In this document: positions 1 to 9,410 of the stretch, one piece after another
How the letters are laid out: each line of letters starts with the position of its first letter
How positions within the stretch are numbered: the first letter of the stretch is position 1
Made by a program: the position numbers and the translations under genes
Notes under the pieces: model-generated
What the model was told of the DNA's origin: nothing
Databases searched by the model: none
What the model saw: only the letters and a program-made list of their open reading frames with translations
Origin: Oscillospiraceae bacterium
Lineage (GTDB): Bacteria > Bacillota > Clostridia > Oscillospirales > CAG-272
Direction: 5' to 3'
DNA: 64,000 bases
Assembly (NCBI GenBank): GCA_015063905.1
Contig: SVTF01000004.1
Location: forward strand, 9,082-73,081

Positions 1-95
1 CGCCATTCCTTGAGATAATTGTCGACCTGCTGCGCAAAGGCTTCGCAGCCCTTCATACCAATTACACTCAACTCTCCAAACTGTGCGTCCTTCAT
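1..95 (-). CDS. Partial CDS, N-terminus only (continues past window start); possibly long-form ribose-phosphate pyrophosphokinase-like
   Basis: Minus-strand ATG at 95 is preceded by GGAGGA + 8 nt. It reads MKDAQFGELSVIGMKGCEAFAQQVDNYLKEW... and stays open to the window edge. The product guess rests only on a remembered N-terminal pattern. Confidence 0.4.
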   Translation of the reverse strand, partial: MKDAQFGELSVIGMKGCEAFAQQVDNYLKEW

Positions 96-156
96 TTTTT
101 TAGTCCTCCGATTTAATTAGATAAATGCAACTTTGTGTGAATATTTATTTTAACAA

Positions 157-1638
157 TTATACTATGGCAGAAATCTTGCAAAACCTTTCATAAGCATTGT
201 CCCAGATGCATCTATCTGTCGCAGGCTCATAATGCTTAAGCTCAAACGAATTAGCAACGATCTGTCTTGCCTCCAAAACATCCTTGACTTCTCCCGCGCC
301 TATCGCCTGCATCATAAGATTTCCTATGGCTGTGGCTTCTTCGGGTCCGGCGCATACGGGGATACCGCATGCATCCGCGGTCATCTGTGACAAGAATTTA
401 TCCTTGGTTCCGCCGCCGACAACGTTTATCATCGTAGTATGCTTGTTCATAAGCGCATCAAGTGATTCAACCGTATATCTGTATTTAAGAGCCAGGGACT
501 CATAAATACAACGCACAACCTCGCCCACAGTTTCCGGGACGTGTTGTCCTGTTATACGGCAAAACTCTCTTATCTTTTCAGGCATGTTTCCGGGAGTGTT
601 AAACGTGTGATAATCGGGATTAATGATTGATGCAAAGGGCTTAGCCTCCTTTGCCCAAGCTTCCATCTGCGCAAAGCTATATTCGTTACCCTCTCGTTTC
701 CACTGTCTTCTTGATTCCTGAATGATCCAAAGACCCATTATGTTCTTAAGGAAACGTATAGTACCCATCACGCCACCCTCGTTTGTGAGGTTTGCCGCTC
801 TTGTTCCATCGTTGATCAAAGGCTTATCAAGCTCAGCACCCATGAGCGACCACGTGCCGCTTGATATGTAAATAAAGTCTTTATTTTGAGCGGGCACTGC
901 TATAACTGCGCTGGCTGTATCGTGCGCGGCTACGTTTATTACTCTGATACTGTTCTTTCCAACCTCTTCATTTATCTGCGGTAACAGTCCACCAAGATCA
1001 TTGCAGGGTTGAACCAGAGGCGCGAACAACGAGCGCTTAATTCCAAGCTTGTCAATAAGCTCGAATGAGAAATCCCTCTTGTGTGCGTCAAGCAGCATAC
1101 CCGTTGACGCAATTGTATATTCCGTTGCCATTTTGCCCGTAAGAAAATAGTTTAAAAGGTCGGGAATAAAGAGCAGCTTATCAGCTCTGTCAAGCGAATC
1201 GGGATCATCTCTTTTGTCCGCCGCAAGCTGATTGAGCGTATTGAAATCGGCAGCTTGGATTCCTGTAATTCTATATATCTCGTCGGGTGAAATATAGTTT
1301 TTTACGTAATCGGTGATATTCACCGTTCGTGTGTCACGGTAATGATATGGATTTGCCATCATTCTGCCGTTTTTATCGATAAGCGCGTAGTCAACACCCC
1401 ACGTGTCGATACCCATGGTAGATATATTGTCGCCTTCGATCACGGTTTTGGTAATAGAATTCTTAATTTCATGGAATATTCTGAGTATATCCCACGTAAA
1501 TCTGCCATTAACGAAAACAGGGTCGTTCGAAAAACGGTGATTCTCACGCAACGTGAGCTTATTTCCGTCGAACGATCCAACAATACCGCGACCGCTTGAA
1601 GCGCCAAGGTCAATAGCAAGCATTTTAAGATCTGCCAT
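157..1638 (-). CDS. rhaB: Rhamnulokinase (FGGY carbohydrate kinase family)
   Basis: The N-terminus LAIDLGASSGRGIVGSF...HRFSN...W matches the rhamnulokinase/FGGY pattern. Start chosen at MADLKM (1638) because GGAGG lies 5 nt upstream; the ORF-track start at 1656 lacks an SD. Confidence 0.8.
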   Translation of the reverse strand: MADLKMLAIDLGASSGRGIVGSFDGNKLTLRENHRFSNDPVFVNGRFTWDILRIFHEIKNSITKTVIEGDNISTMGIDTWGVDYALIDKNGRMMANPYHYRDTRTVNITDYVKNYISPDEIYRITGIQAADFNTLNQLAADKRDDPDSLDRADKLLFIPDLLNYFLTGKMATEYTIASTGMLLDAHKRDFSFELIDKLGIKRSLFAPLVQPCNDLGGLLPQINEEVGKNSIRVINVAAHDTASAVIAVPAQNKDFIYISSGTWSLMGAELDKPLINDGTRAANLTNEGGVMGTIRFLKNIMGLWIIQESRRQWKREGNEYSFAQMEAWAKEAKPFASIINPDYHTFNTPGNMPEKIREFCRITGQHVPETVGEVVRCIYESLALKYRYTVESLDALMNKHTTMINVVGGGTKDKFLSQMTADACGIPVCAGPEEATAIGNLMMQAIGAGEVKDVLEARQIVANSFELKHYEPATDRCIWDNAYERFCKISAIV

Positions 1639-1850
1639 AATATCCTCCAAAATCAACAGTGTTTTCTACACAATGTTAATTATAGCACAATGCTTATGAA
1701 TTTGTATGAATAATTTGTTAACATGCCTTTATTTACAAATATTTTCAAAATATCCTGCGATACGCCTTTAATCACTATTTTTCTACATCTACATAAAATG
1801 TAATGAGGCGTTATTTATTAATGCCCAAATTATTTTAATCGGAGTGCGAT

Positions 1851-2768
1851 ATGAATACAAATAAAATATTTACTATTCTCGGTGGAGATAAGCGTCAGGC
1901 TGTTATCGCACGTTGTCTTATAAAGCTCGGACACACTGTGCGAGTATATGGCTTGGGTTCTCTATCCGATAAGCTGAACGGCGTAGACGTATATAGCAAC
2001 TGGCTTACCGCAATTCGAGGCAGCAACATTATATTGCTCCCTCTTCCGACCACGAGAGACGGAGCAACGCTCTCTCTGCGGCAAGGTGATATGGACGCTC
2101 AAGAAAAAGTCTTACTTTCCGATATTCTTATACAAGCATCTAAAAGCAATTGCGAGTGTGTTATAGGAGGTGTTATTCCCAAATCATTGATAAAAATGGC
2201 AAACGAATTGAATATTGCTATTTATGATTATTATGACCGAGAAGATCTACAGAAAAAGAACGCTCTCCCCAGCGCAGAAGGTGCCTTGATGCTTGCAATG
2301 GAAAACACGGAAAAGGTAATAAAGGGCATGTCGGTATTGATATGCGGTTACGGAAGAATCGGCAAATCACTTTCTGATATCTTATATAAGCTTGGAGCAG
2401 ACATTACAGTAGCCGCGAGGCGAGAAGAAAGTCTTTGTGAAGCGGCGATGATGGGTTATAAAACCGCAAAGATAAACAGTGCTGACGACTCATCGCTATG
2501 CAAATCGGTAAAATCTGCCGACGTTATTTTTAATACAGTCCCTCACTTAATTTTTAACTCCAAGATTTTAGAGTGCGCAGACAATAAACCGCTTTATATA
2601 GAAATTGCGTCATCACCCGGAGGCATTGATCTTTCCGCGGCGAGAAATCTTGGCATTGAGGTGGTTTTCGCGCCATCGATACCGGGAAAATACGCTCCTA
2701 TCTCTGCCGGAGAGTATATTTTTGAAACGATACATGACATTTTGAGAAACAGAGGTATATACGTATGA
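1851..2768 (+). CDS. dpaA: Dipicolinate synthase subunit A (SpoVFA)
   Basis: ILGGDKRQ N-terminus, NALPSAEGALMLAME and GYGRIGKS Rossmann motif, and SSPGGIDL...APSIPGKYAP tail are collinear with B. subtilis SpoVFA. Overlaps dpaB by 4 nt. Confidence 0.85.
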   Translation: MNTNKIFTILGGDKRQAVIARCLIKLGHTVRVYGLGSLSDKLNGVDVYSNWLTAIRGSNIILLPLPTTRDGATLSLRQGDMDAQEKVLLSDILIQASKSNCECVIGGVIPKSLIKMANELNIAIYDYYDREDLQKKNALPSAEGALMLAMENTEKVIKGMSVLICGYGRIGKSLSDILYKLGADITVAARREESLCEAAMMGYKTAKINSADDSSLCKSVKSADVIFNTVPHLIFNSKILECADNKPLYIEIASSPGGIDLSAARNLGIEVVFAPSIPGKYAPISAGEYIFETIHDILRNRGIYV

Positions 2769-3325
2769 TAGGTTACGCACTTTGCGGCTCGTTTTGTACT
2801 TTTGAGCAATCATTCAAGACACTTTGCAAGCTGAAAGAAACATATCCCGACATTGTTCCGATAATGAGTTACAATGCCTATAACACGGACACCCGTTTTG
2901 GCAAAAGCCGTGATTGGAATGACAAGATTGAAAATTTATGCGGTCGCAAGATTATCAATACCATCGCTGACGCAGAGCCGCTAGGGCCCAAAAATCCTCT
3001 TGACGCATTGATCATCGCACCGTGTACCGGAAACACTCTCGCAAAGATCGCAAACGGAATTACCGACACTCCCGTTTGTATGGCAGCCAAAGCACATCTG
3101 CGGCAAGACAGACCCTTGATAATCGCGCTCGCATCTAACGATGCCATGTCGGCCAACCTTGCAAATTTATCAAAGCTACTTATGCGCAAGAGCATATATT
3201 TTGTTCCCATGCTGCAAGATGAGCCTATAAAAAAGCCACATTCATTAGTTTGCGATTTTTCGTTATTGCCCTGTGCGCTTGAAAATGCATTGATGGGTAA
3301 ACAGATAAGAAAGCTGTTTCTATAA
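2765..3325 (+). CDS. dpaB: Dipicolinate synthase subunit B (SpoVFB, flavoprotein)
   Basis: IGYALCGSFCT... and APCTGNTLAKIANGITD motifs of the flavoprotein family. ATGA overlap with dpaA. Confidence 0.85.
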   Translation: MIGYALCGSFCTFEQSFKTLCKLKETYPDIVPIMSYNAYNTDTRFGKSRDWNDKIENLCGRKIINTIADAEPLGPKNPLDALIIAPCTGNTLAKIANGITDTPVCMAAKAHLRQDRPLIIALASNDAMSANLANLSKLLMRKSIYFVPMLQDEPIKKPHSLVCDFSLLPCALENALMGKQIRKLFL

Positions 3326-3332
3326 AAAATAT

Positions 3333-3363
3333 GGGGATAGAATAAATTTCTATCCTCTTTTTT
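3333..3363 (+). terminator. Rho-independent terminator after dpaB
   Basis: GGGGATAG / CTATCCTC 8-bp stem (one G-U pair), 9-nt loop, then TTTTTT. Confidence 0.7.
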
Positions 3364-3374
3364 CATTATTTGTA

Positions 3375-3403
3375 TTGAAATATCGGAATAATTGTGATAT
3401 AAT
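3375..3403 (+). promoter_or_regulatory. Sigma-A type promoter for the riboswitch-controlled operon
   Basis: TTGAAA (3375-3380), 17-nt spacer, TATAAT (3398-3403), with TG upstream of the -10. Confidence 0.55.
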
Positions 3404-3459
3404 GTTGCTTGTACAAAAGAATAACACAGTTCATCTTCTTGATTTTGTCAAGAATTGTC

Positions 3460-3680
3460 GGGCGCTCTGCGTGACGGAGCTTCCCGGGGATAAGGAAATC
3501 GCGGTGAGAATCCGCAACAACAGCCATTACCGTATCTGATATTATTTCACAAGTCGGAATGCTTATCGTTCTGTGCCGATAAAGGACTCTTGGGCAATTG
3601 GGAGAGCGATCGGGATCACGTCGGCTCGGAGCAGGTGCCGCCGTTCCCTTTTTGCGCCCATGAGGGGCGCTTTTATTTTA
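3460..3680 (+). promoter_or_regulatory. Probable cobalamin (B12) riboswitch with expression-platform terminator
   Basis: Core GGGATAAGGAAATCGCGGTGAGAATCCGC (GGTGAGAATCC at 3503-3513) resembles the conserved cobalamin-aptamer core. A B12-box-like GCTCGGAGCAGGTGCC lies at about 3624-3639. GCGCCC/GGGCGC hairpin + TTTTATTTTA (3654-3680) sits directly upstream of the RBS. The downstream genes are a type often under B12 riboswitch control. Confidence 0.6.
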
Positions 3681-3716
3681 TCCTTTTTACAACAAAAAAG
3701 AAGGAGATCTTATTCT

Positions 3717-4199
3717 ATGAAAAAAATCATTTTAACGTTTCTTACATTGCTTCTGACATTCGCATGCATACTTTGCCTCGTTTCATGCAACCAAACGGAT
3801 TCTGACAAAAATAACGAAAGTAACGGCGATGTTACTGCATCCGGCACGGTAGAGCAAGGCGATAACAAGGTAAATGCCACGGGCCTTTGGAAAAACGCTC
3901 GCTATCTTTCCGACGTAACGATTGGAGACGGCGCTAAAACCATTAGCTTTGAGATCGAGGCTGAAGGACAAAAAATTACCGTTACCCTTAAAACCGACAA
4001 GGATAATCTTGGTGATGCAATGTACGAGGTCGGTCTTGTAAACGACCCCTCGTTCTTTGATACGCTTAACGGCATAAAGGCTGATTGGAACAAAGACAAG
4101 GCTTATTGGGGATTCTACAAGGGTGAAGAATACATGACGGTTGGTATTGGCGATGCCGGGCTCAATACTAACAGCTACCGATTTGTTTATACTAAATAA
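3717..4199 (+). CDS. Lipoprotein with DUF4430 (transcobalamin-like) domain; candidate extracellular corrinoid binder
   Basis: AAGGAG lies 7-8 nt before the ATG at 3717. Signal peptide ends in lipobox LVSC. The C-terminus NGIKADW..AYWGFYKGEEYMTVGIGD....YRFVY matches the DUF4430 pattern. The ORF-track start (3573) lies inside the riboswitch and is rejected. Confidence 0.7.
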   Translation: MKKIILTFLTLLLTFACILCLVSCNQTDSDKNNESNGDVTASGTVEQGDNKVNATGLWKNARYLSDVTIGDGAKTISFEIEAEGQKITVTLKTDKDNLGDAMYEVGLVNDPSFFDTLNGIKADWNKDKAYWGFYKGEEYMTVGIGDAGLNTNSYRFVYTK

Positions 4200-4204
4200 G
4201 CCTT

Positions 4205-4738
4205 ATGATAAAAGACAAATGGAGACGTCGAATCTCTGAGATTTGTGTTTTTTCAATGCTTGGCGCTTTGATGTTCTGCTCCAAGATACTAATGGAGGCA
4301 CTGCCGAATATTCATCTGCTCGGAATGCTCGTGATGGTGTACACATTAACCTTTAGACTAAAGGCATTGATTCCAATCTACGTATACGTATTTTTAAACG
4401 GACTTTATGCAGGATTTAACCTGTGGTGGTTCCCTTATTTGTACATTTGGACTATCCTTTGGGGTATAACAATGATACTTCCAAAGAAAATGCCAAAGGC
4501 AGTTGCGTGTATTATTTATCCGCTTGTCTGCGCTCTGCACGGTCTGGCGTTCGGAGCTCTCTATGCTCCCGCACAGGCACTTATGTTTCATTTGAATTTC
4601 AATCAGATGATTGCATGGATAGTTGCGGGATTGCCTTTTGACGTTATTCACGCTGTGGGAAATATTTTCTTGGGTATGTTAATACTGCCTCTCGCAGAGT
4701 TGCTTAAAAAACTAAGCCGACAAATTGGAATTATATGA
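4205..4738 (+). CDS. Small polytopic membrane protein, probable ECF-type S component (CbrT-like candidate)
   Basis: 177 aa with about 6 hydrophobic helices, 5 nt after the lipoprotein gene and under the same riboswitch. Family assignment is by size, topology and context only. Confidence 0.5.
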   Translation: MIKDKWRRRISEICVFSMLGALMFCSKILMEALPNIHLLGMLVMVYTLTFRLKALIPIYVYVFLNGLYAGFNLWWFPYLYIWTILWGITMILPKKMPKAVACIIYPLVCALHGLAFGALYAPAQALMFHLNFNQMIAWIVAGLPFDVIHAVGNIFLGMLILPLAELLKKLSRQIGII

Positions 4739-4782
4739 TTTAAACCGCAGATGTGCGTAATGCATATCTGCGGTTTTCACGT

Positions 4783-5661
4783 TTATTTTAAATCGTCAGG
4801 TGTAAATGAATACTTGGAATTGCAGAATCTGCACTCAACCGTAAGCTCCTCGGGCTTTCCTTCCGCCAATTGCTCTTTAAACATTTTATCGAGGTCTTCA
4901 GAACCAAGTGAGCGAAGCGCTCTTTCCATTCTGTCACGAGAGCAAGTACAAATATAGTCAACTTCTATTTCATCAAACAGATCGTACTCTATTCCACTCA
5001 TCGCAAGAGACATTATCTCCTCATTGGTCATTCCCTTATCAAACAGTGATGAAACATTAGACAAAAGCGGCACGTTATTCTCGATCTTTGTTATCGTTTC
5101 ATCATCGGCAAACGGAAGCAACTGAATAATAATACCCCCTGCGGCGCGACAGGACAGATCTGTGTCAACTAAAACGCCGAGGGCGCATACAGTTGGAACC
5201 TGCTCGCTTTGAGCATAATATGCCGTTATATCCTCGGCTATCTCTCCGGACACAAGATCAATGGATCCGTTATAGGGCTCTCCGTCGCCCATGTCCTTTA
5301 TAATATTTAGAAAACCGGCTCCAACCGCTCCGCTTACATCAAGCTTACCGTTTGATTTCAGTGGTATCTTAACGTTTGGATTGTGTATGTATCCGCGAAC
5401 GTTGCCTATATAGTCGGAAATCGCAAGAACTCTTCCCGCAGGACCATCACCGTTAAGAGATACTGTAATCGTATCGTCCTTGTCGCCAAGCATGCATCCC
5501 ATCATGGAAGTTACCGTGAGAAGACGTCCAAGCGTAGCGGTAGCGGTGGCAGATGTGTTGTGATACTCTATTGCCCTGTTTACAATGTCTGTAGAATTTA
5601 TTACGTGTATTCTCGCGCTTCCATCTCTTGTCATCGCGCGCAATATTTTAGACTGTGCCAT
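4783..5661 (-). CDS. hslO: Hsp33 redox-regulated chaperone
   Basis: Hsp33 N-terminus ([13 protein letters not shown]...) and C-terminal zinc centre CTCS...CRFC. Confidence 0.85.
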   Translation of the reverse strand: MAQSKILRAMTRDGSARIHVINSTDIVNRAIEYHNTSATATATLGRLLTVTSMMGCMLGDKDDTITVSLNGDGPAGRVLAISDYIGNVRGYIHNPNVKIPLKSNGKLDVSGAVGAGFLNIIKDMGDGEPYNGSIDLVSGEIAEDITAYYAQSEQVPTVCALGVLVDTDLSCRAAGGIIIQLLPFADDETITKIENNVPLLSNVSSLFDKGMTNEEIMSLAMSGIEYDLFDEIEVDYICTCSRDRMERALRSLGSEDLDKMFKEQLAEGKPEELTVECRFCNSKYSFTPDDLK

Positions 5662-5672
5662 TATTAACTCCT

Positions 5673-6446
5673 TTATTTTTTAGCTCTTGCCACAATATAC
5701 CAGCGTTCCGTGCTTGAGTTGGGAGCTGCAAACTGATAATCAGCAAAAATCCCAACAAGCTCAAACCCATTAGCGTTTAGCGACTGCTCAAGCTCTATCT
5801 TTGAATAGCACCGTTCCGTTTGCTCCTCATCGGCTCTTATGTATCCGCCGTCCTCCGTCTCGGTAAATACGGATAAATAGAATGAACACAGCTTCGTTTC
5901 TGCGTTATAGTCGTTTTGCCAGCCGCAATATGCCATGTTTCCACAAGAATCCTCGGTTTCAAAAATATAATGATTATTGCCATATACGTTTTCAAACTTG
6001 TGTGGGGTATTTACGTCAAAGATAAACAAACCGTCCGGATCAAGATAATTATGAACGGTGGAAAGGCATTTATCAAGATCTCCGTTCTCGGTAAGATAAT
6101 TAATGCTATCAAGGCAGCAGCATACCGCGCCAACGGTTCCGTAAAGCTCAAAGCAACGCATATCTTGCTTTAAAAACAAGATATTAGAAATTCCTTTGCT
6201 ATAAGCCTTCTCATATGCTTCGGACAGCATATCCTCGCTACCGTCAGCTCCAATCATATCGTAGCCACGGCTCTGAAGCTCAAATGTCATGCTACCCGTT
6301 CCGCAAGCAAGATCCAACACTATCTCGGGACGCTTTTCTAAATATCTATCAAAGCATTTTTCAATAAAATCAGCCCACTCGGTGTAATTGATGTCAGAAT
6401 TTATCTTATCGTAAACATTGGCAATTGCCGAATAACCGCTATCCAT
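5673..6446 (-). CDS. Class I SAM-dependent methyltransferase
   Basis: Motif [11 protein letters not shown] and post-I/II motifs. 11 nt upstream of hslO on the same strand. Confidence 0.75.
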   Translation of the reverse strand: MDSGYSAIANVYDKINSDINYTEWADFIEKCFDRYLEKRPEIVLDLACGTGSMTFELQSRGYDMIGADGSEDMLSEAYEKAYSKGISNILFLKQDMRCFELYGTVGAVCCCLDSINYLTENGDLDKCLSTVHNYLDPDGLFIFDVNTPHKFENVYGNNHYIFETEDSCGNMAYCGWQNDYNAETKLCSFYLSVFTETEDGGYIRADEEQTERCYSKIELEQSLNANGFELVGIFADYQFAAPNSSTERWYIVARAKK

Positions 6447-6563
6447 GCATTTCCCTCCTTCCCGTCGTCTAACTCATATATTGTACCACTAATTCTCGCT
6501 AAAGTAAAGGGATTTTCGTAAATAATTTTTTTAAACAAACTGTTTGTTTTTGTAAATTGATTA

Positions 6564-6592
6564 TTGACAAGAGCATGGGAATATTATATAAT
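6564..6592 (+). promoter_or_regulatory. Sigma-A promoter of the HTH regulator
   Basis: TTGACA (6564-6569), 17 nt, TATAAT (6587-6592). Confidence 0.55.
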
Positions 6593-6635
6593 AATTATAT
6601 AGAGTGTACTACTGTGTATGAAAGGGCTATAAAAT

Positions 6636-7736
6636 ATGACCGGGATAAAGATTGGAAAAAAGATTAGGCTGCTCAGAAAGAATAACGATATTACGCAAGA
6701 CAAGCTTGCCGCTTATCTTGGAGTCACTCCCCAAGCGGTTTCCAGATGGGAATCTGAAATATGCTACCCCGATATAGAAACTCTTCCGCAGATAGCCGAT
6801 TTTTTCGGAGTTGATATGGACGAGCTGCTTTGCTATGACAGCGTACAGAAGGAATCCAAGATAAAGGCCTATCTTGAAGAGGCGGAGCTTCTTATTGAAA
6901 ACGATAAGCTTGGCGAGTGTCTTTCTCTTTTGCGCGAGGCTTATGCGGAGATACCGTCTTCATATGAGATCCAGCTCGAGCTTGCGGGAGTGCTTTCGGC
7001 AATAAGTGCCGTCGGTAAGCCCCGACGCGCAGACTTGATGGAGGCTGTTTCCTTGTGTAATCATATTCTGGAGTATTGCACGGACGATGAGCTGCGCGAT
7101 GAAACCAAAAAGACGTTGTGTGATATTTATTCACATCAGATCGGCAACCCCCAGATGGCTATCGATATAGCGGAAAAGCTACACAGCATGAGCTACTCCA
7201 AGGAGATAGTCAAGGCTACGGTACTGACCGGAGATATCGCATTTAATCAGGCGCAACGAAACATTATTTCGTTTGCCGACAATATTTGGTGGCATATGTA
7301 TAATATTGCGTGTGTTCCCGACATATCTGAAAATCGCTATACTACTGAACAAAAAATCGAGATAATGCAACGCGGAATTGCTCTTTTCGAAGTGATTTTT
7401 GACGGCAATTATCTCTATTATAACGACAGACTCGCAAACTCATACCGTCAGCTCGCTATGCTTTATCTTTCGCTTGGCAATAGACAGACTGCTCTTGAAT
7501 GTGTGGAAAAGATGGCTGATCACGCAATAGAATTTGACTCGCTTGCCGATGCGCAAAATTACTCCGGAGTTCTTATCAACACTATTGAATATGACGCCAC
7601 AAAGCCCGAAGGCTCTGAAGCTCCCTCTCTGTGCGCAAAGCTTTTGAGAGGACGCTTTAATGCTCGTATATGGTCTTCTATTCGCAACGAGCAAAGATTT
7701 GTTGCGGCAGTTGAGAGAATGACTGAATACATTTGA
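6636..7736 (+). CDS. XRE-family helix-turn-helix transcriptional regulator with TPR-like C-terminal domain
   Basis: N-terminus IRLLRKNNDITQDKLAAYLGVTPQAVSRWE is a classic Cro/C1 HTH. It is followed by about 290 aa of helical-repeat sequence. Confidence 0.8.
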   Translation: MTGIKIGKKIRLLRKNNDITQDKLAAYLGVTPQAVSRWESEICYPDIETLPQIADFFGVDMDELLCYDSVQKESKIKAYLEEAELLIENDKLGECLSLLREAYAEIPSSYEIQLELAGVLSAISAVGKPRRADLMEAVSLCNHILEYCTDDELRDETKKTLCDIYSHQIGNPQMAIDIAEKLHSMSYSKEIVKATVLTGDIAFNQAQRNIISFADNIWWHMYNIACVPDISENRYTTEQKIEIMQRGIALFEVIFDGNYLYYNDRLANSYRQLAMLYLSLGNRQTALECVEKMADHAIEFDSLADAQNYSGVLINTIEYDATKPEGSEAPSLCAKLLRGRFNARIWSSIRNEQRFVAAVERMTEYI

Positions 7737-8203
7737 TGTCTACTATGAAAATTCCTTTTGAAACAATTACACACCAAGTAAACGAAACCGAAGAGGCAGG
7801 TGCGCTTCTTGCTAAGCTGGTCGTAAACAAAGATTCGCCTAAATTTGTTGCTATGTATGGCGATCTTGGTGTGGGTAAAACCGCATTTGTCCGAGGATTT
7901 TGCTCCGAAATTTGCCCAGGCGTTAACGTAAAGTCACCAACCTTTGCTTTGGTGAACGAATACAAATGCTCACCAAAGCTTGGCACAATCAGAAAAGTGT
8001 GTCATTTTGATATGTATCGCGTCGCTGACGAGGACGACCTCTATTCTATCGGCTTCTATGATTATCTGAGAGATGACATTATTTGCATTGCCGAGTGGTG
8101 CGAGCTTATTCCCTACGCTATCCCAGAAGAATACGTGCGTGTATGCATAAGCAAAACGGACTCCGAGGATAAAAGGCTCATTTCTATAAACATCGTTAAT
8201 TAA
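7736..8203 (+). CDS. tsaE: tRNA t6A37 biosynthesis ATPase TsaE
   Basis: P-loop YGDLGVGKTAFVRG and the HFDMYR motif. The start is uncertain (TTG 7733, ATG 7736 or ATG 7745); a TGATG junction links it to the upstream gene. Confidence 0.8.
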   Translation: MSTMKIPFETITHQVNETEEAGALLAKLVVNKDSPKFVAMYGDLGVGKTAFVRGFCSEICPGVNVKSPTFALVNEYKCSPKLGTIRKVCHFDMYRVADEDDLYSIGFYDYLRDDIICIAEWCELIPYAIPEEYVRVCISKTDSEDKRLISINIVN

Positions 8204-8218
8204 ATCTTGGAGAAAACT

Positions 8219-8935
8219 ATGAAAATACTCGCTCTTGACAGCACCGCGGACGTTTGCACCGTTGCACTTTGTGAAGATAAAAGGCTTATTTCAGAAATAA
8301 CCGTCAATACAGGTAATACCCACTCTCAAACTCTGTTGCCCGCAGTTGAGCAGGTTTTAAGGATGGCGGAGCTGTCTTGCGACGACGTTGATCTGTTTGC
8401 CTGTAGCACCGGTCCCGGTTCTTTTACAGGAGTCAGAATCGGCGTGGCGACAATTAAAGGTCTGGCGTACGGAAAAAACAAGCCCTGCGTTTCGGTGTCT
8501 ACTCTTGAGGCTCTGGCGCATAATCTATCCGGATATAACGGGATCATATGTCCTGTTATGAATGCGCGCAGAAATCAGGTTTATAACGCCCTGTTTGAAT
8601 CCAAAGACGGTATTATCTCCCGTCTTTGCCCCGACCGCGCCATTTCTATTGAGGAATTGGACAATGAGCTAAATGATAACACTTTACCTGTCTATTTGTG
8701 CGGAGACGGATATGATATAACCGTTAAAGCATCAAAAAAGACACGATATCAGTATGTTTTTGAGCGTTCAAGGCATCAAAGCGCCTACAGCGTTGCGCTA
8801 TGCGCGATTGAAAAATATGAACGAGGCGAAACGCTTGGCGACAAGGAGCTTGTACCAATTTATCTTCGCCCCTCGCAGGCAGAGCGCGAAAGACTTGAAC
8901 GAATAAATAGTGAAAACAGTAACGGAGAAAAATAA
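8219..8935 (+). CDS. tsaB: tRNA t6A37 biosynthesis protein TsaB
   Basis: MKILALDST...GPGSFTGVRIG motif. ATG at 8219 is preferred over TTG at 8207 (GGAG upstream). Confidence 0.8.
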   Translation: MKILALDSTADVCTVALCEDKRLISEITVNTGNTHSQTLLPAVEQVLRMAELSCDDVDLFACSTGPGSFTGVRIGVATIKGLAYGKNKPCVSVSTLEALAHNLSGYNGIICPVMNARRNQVYNALFESKDGIISRLCPDRAISIEELDNELNDNTLPVYLCGDGYDITVKASKKTRYQYVFERSRHQSAYSVALCAIEKYERGETLGDKELVPIYLRPSQAERERLERINSENSNGEK

Positions 8936-9391
8936 ATGAATAGAATAATTATTGGTTGTGACCACGGCGGATTTATAAGAAAATCAGAAATAATCAAGCA
9001 TCTCGAGAGCAGAGGCTTTCAGGTGACCGATGTCGGAACATATACGCAACAGTCTTGCGATTATCCCGAGATTGCAAAGCAGGTGTGCGGCAGGATACAA
9101 GGCGGTGAGTTTGAATTGGGTATTCTCGTTTGCGGTACAGGCATTGGAATGTCCATAGCTGCAAACAAGCACAACGGAATACGCGCCGCGTGTTGCTCCG
9201 ATACTTTTTCCGCAAGAATGACTCGTATGCACAACAACGCAAATGTCCTTTGCCTTGGTGAAAGAACTGTTGGTATGGGTCTGGCTCTTGATATTGTTGA
9301 CGCTTTTATTGAAAATAGTTTTGAGGGCGAAAGACACCAAAGACGAGTTTCTATGATACACGAAATAGAGAAAGAAAATAGTTCAACGTAA
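8936..9391 (+). CDS. rpiB: Ribose-5-phosphate isomerase B
   Basis: IIIGCDHGG...VCGTGIGMSIAANK signature of the RpiB/LacAB family. Confidence 0.85.
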   Translation: MNRIIIGCDHGGFIRKSEIIKHLESRGFQVTDVGTYTQQSCDYPEIAKQVCGRIQGGEFELGILVCGTGIGMSIAANKHNGIRAACCSDTFSARMTRMHNNANVLCLGERTVGMGLALDIVDAFIENSFEGERHQRRVSMIHEIEKENSST

Positions 9392-9410
9392 AATACGGAA
9401 AGGCTTAAAC

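Noticed and set aside
1760-1800. A possible sporulation-sigma (SigK-like AC-16-CATAnnnTA) promoter upstream of dpaA (CAC tatttttctacatcta CATAAAATG).
   Set aside because: It matches only a short degenerate consensus, with a mismatch in the -10, in an AT-rich spacer where such matches occur by chance. I cannot support it without transcription-start data.
3573-3716. The ORF-track 5' extension of the lipoprotein gene (MPIKDSWAIGRAIG...), and ORF 3590-3805.
   Set aside because: The extension runs through the riboswitch and its terminator. A strong AAGGAG plus ATG at 3717 begins a canonical lipoprotein signal peptide.
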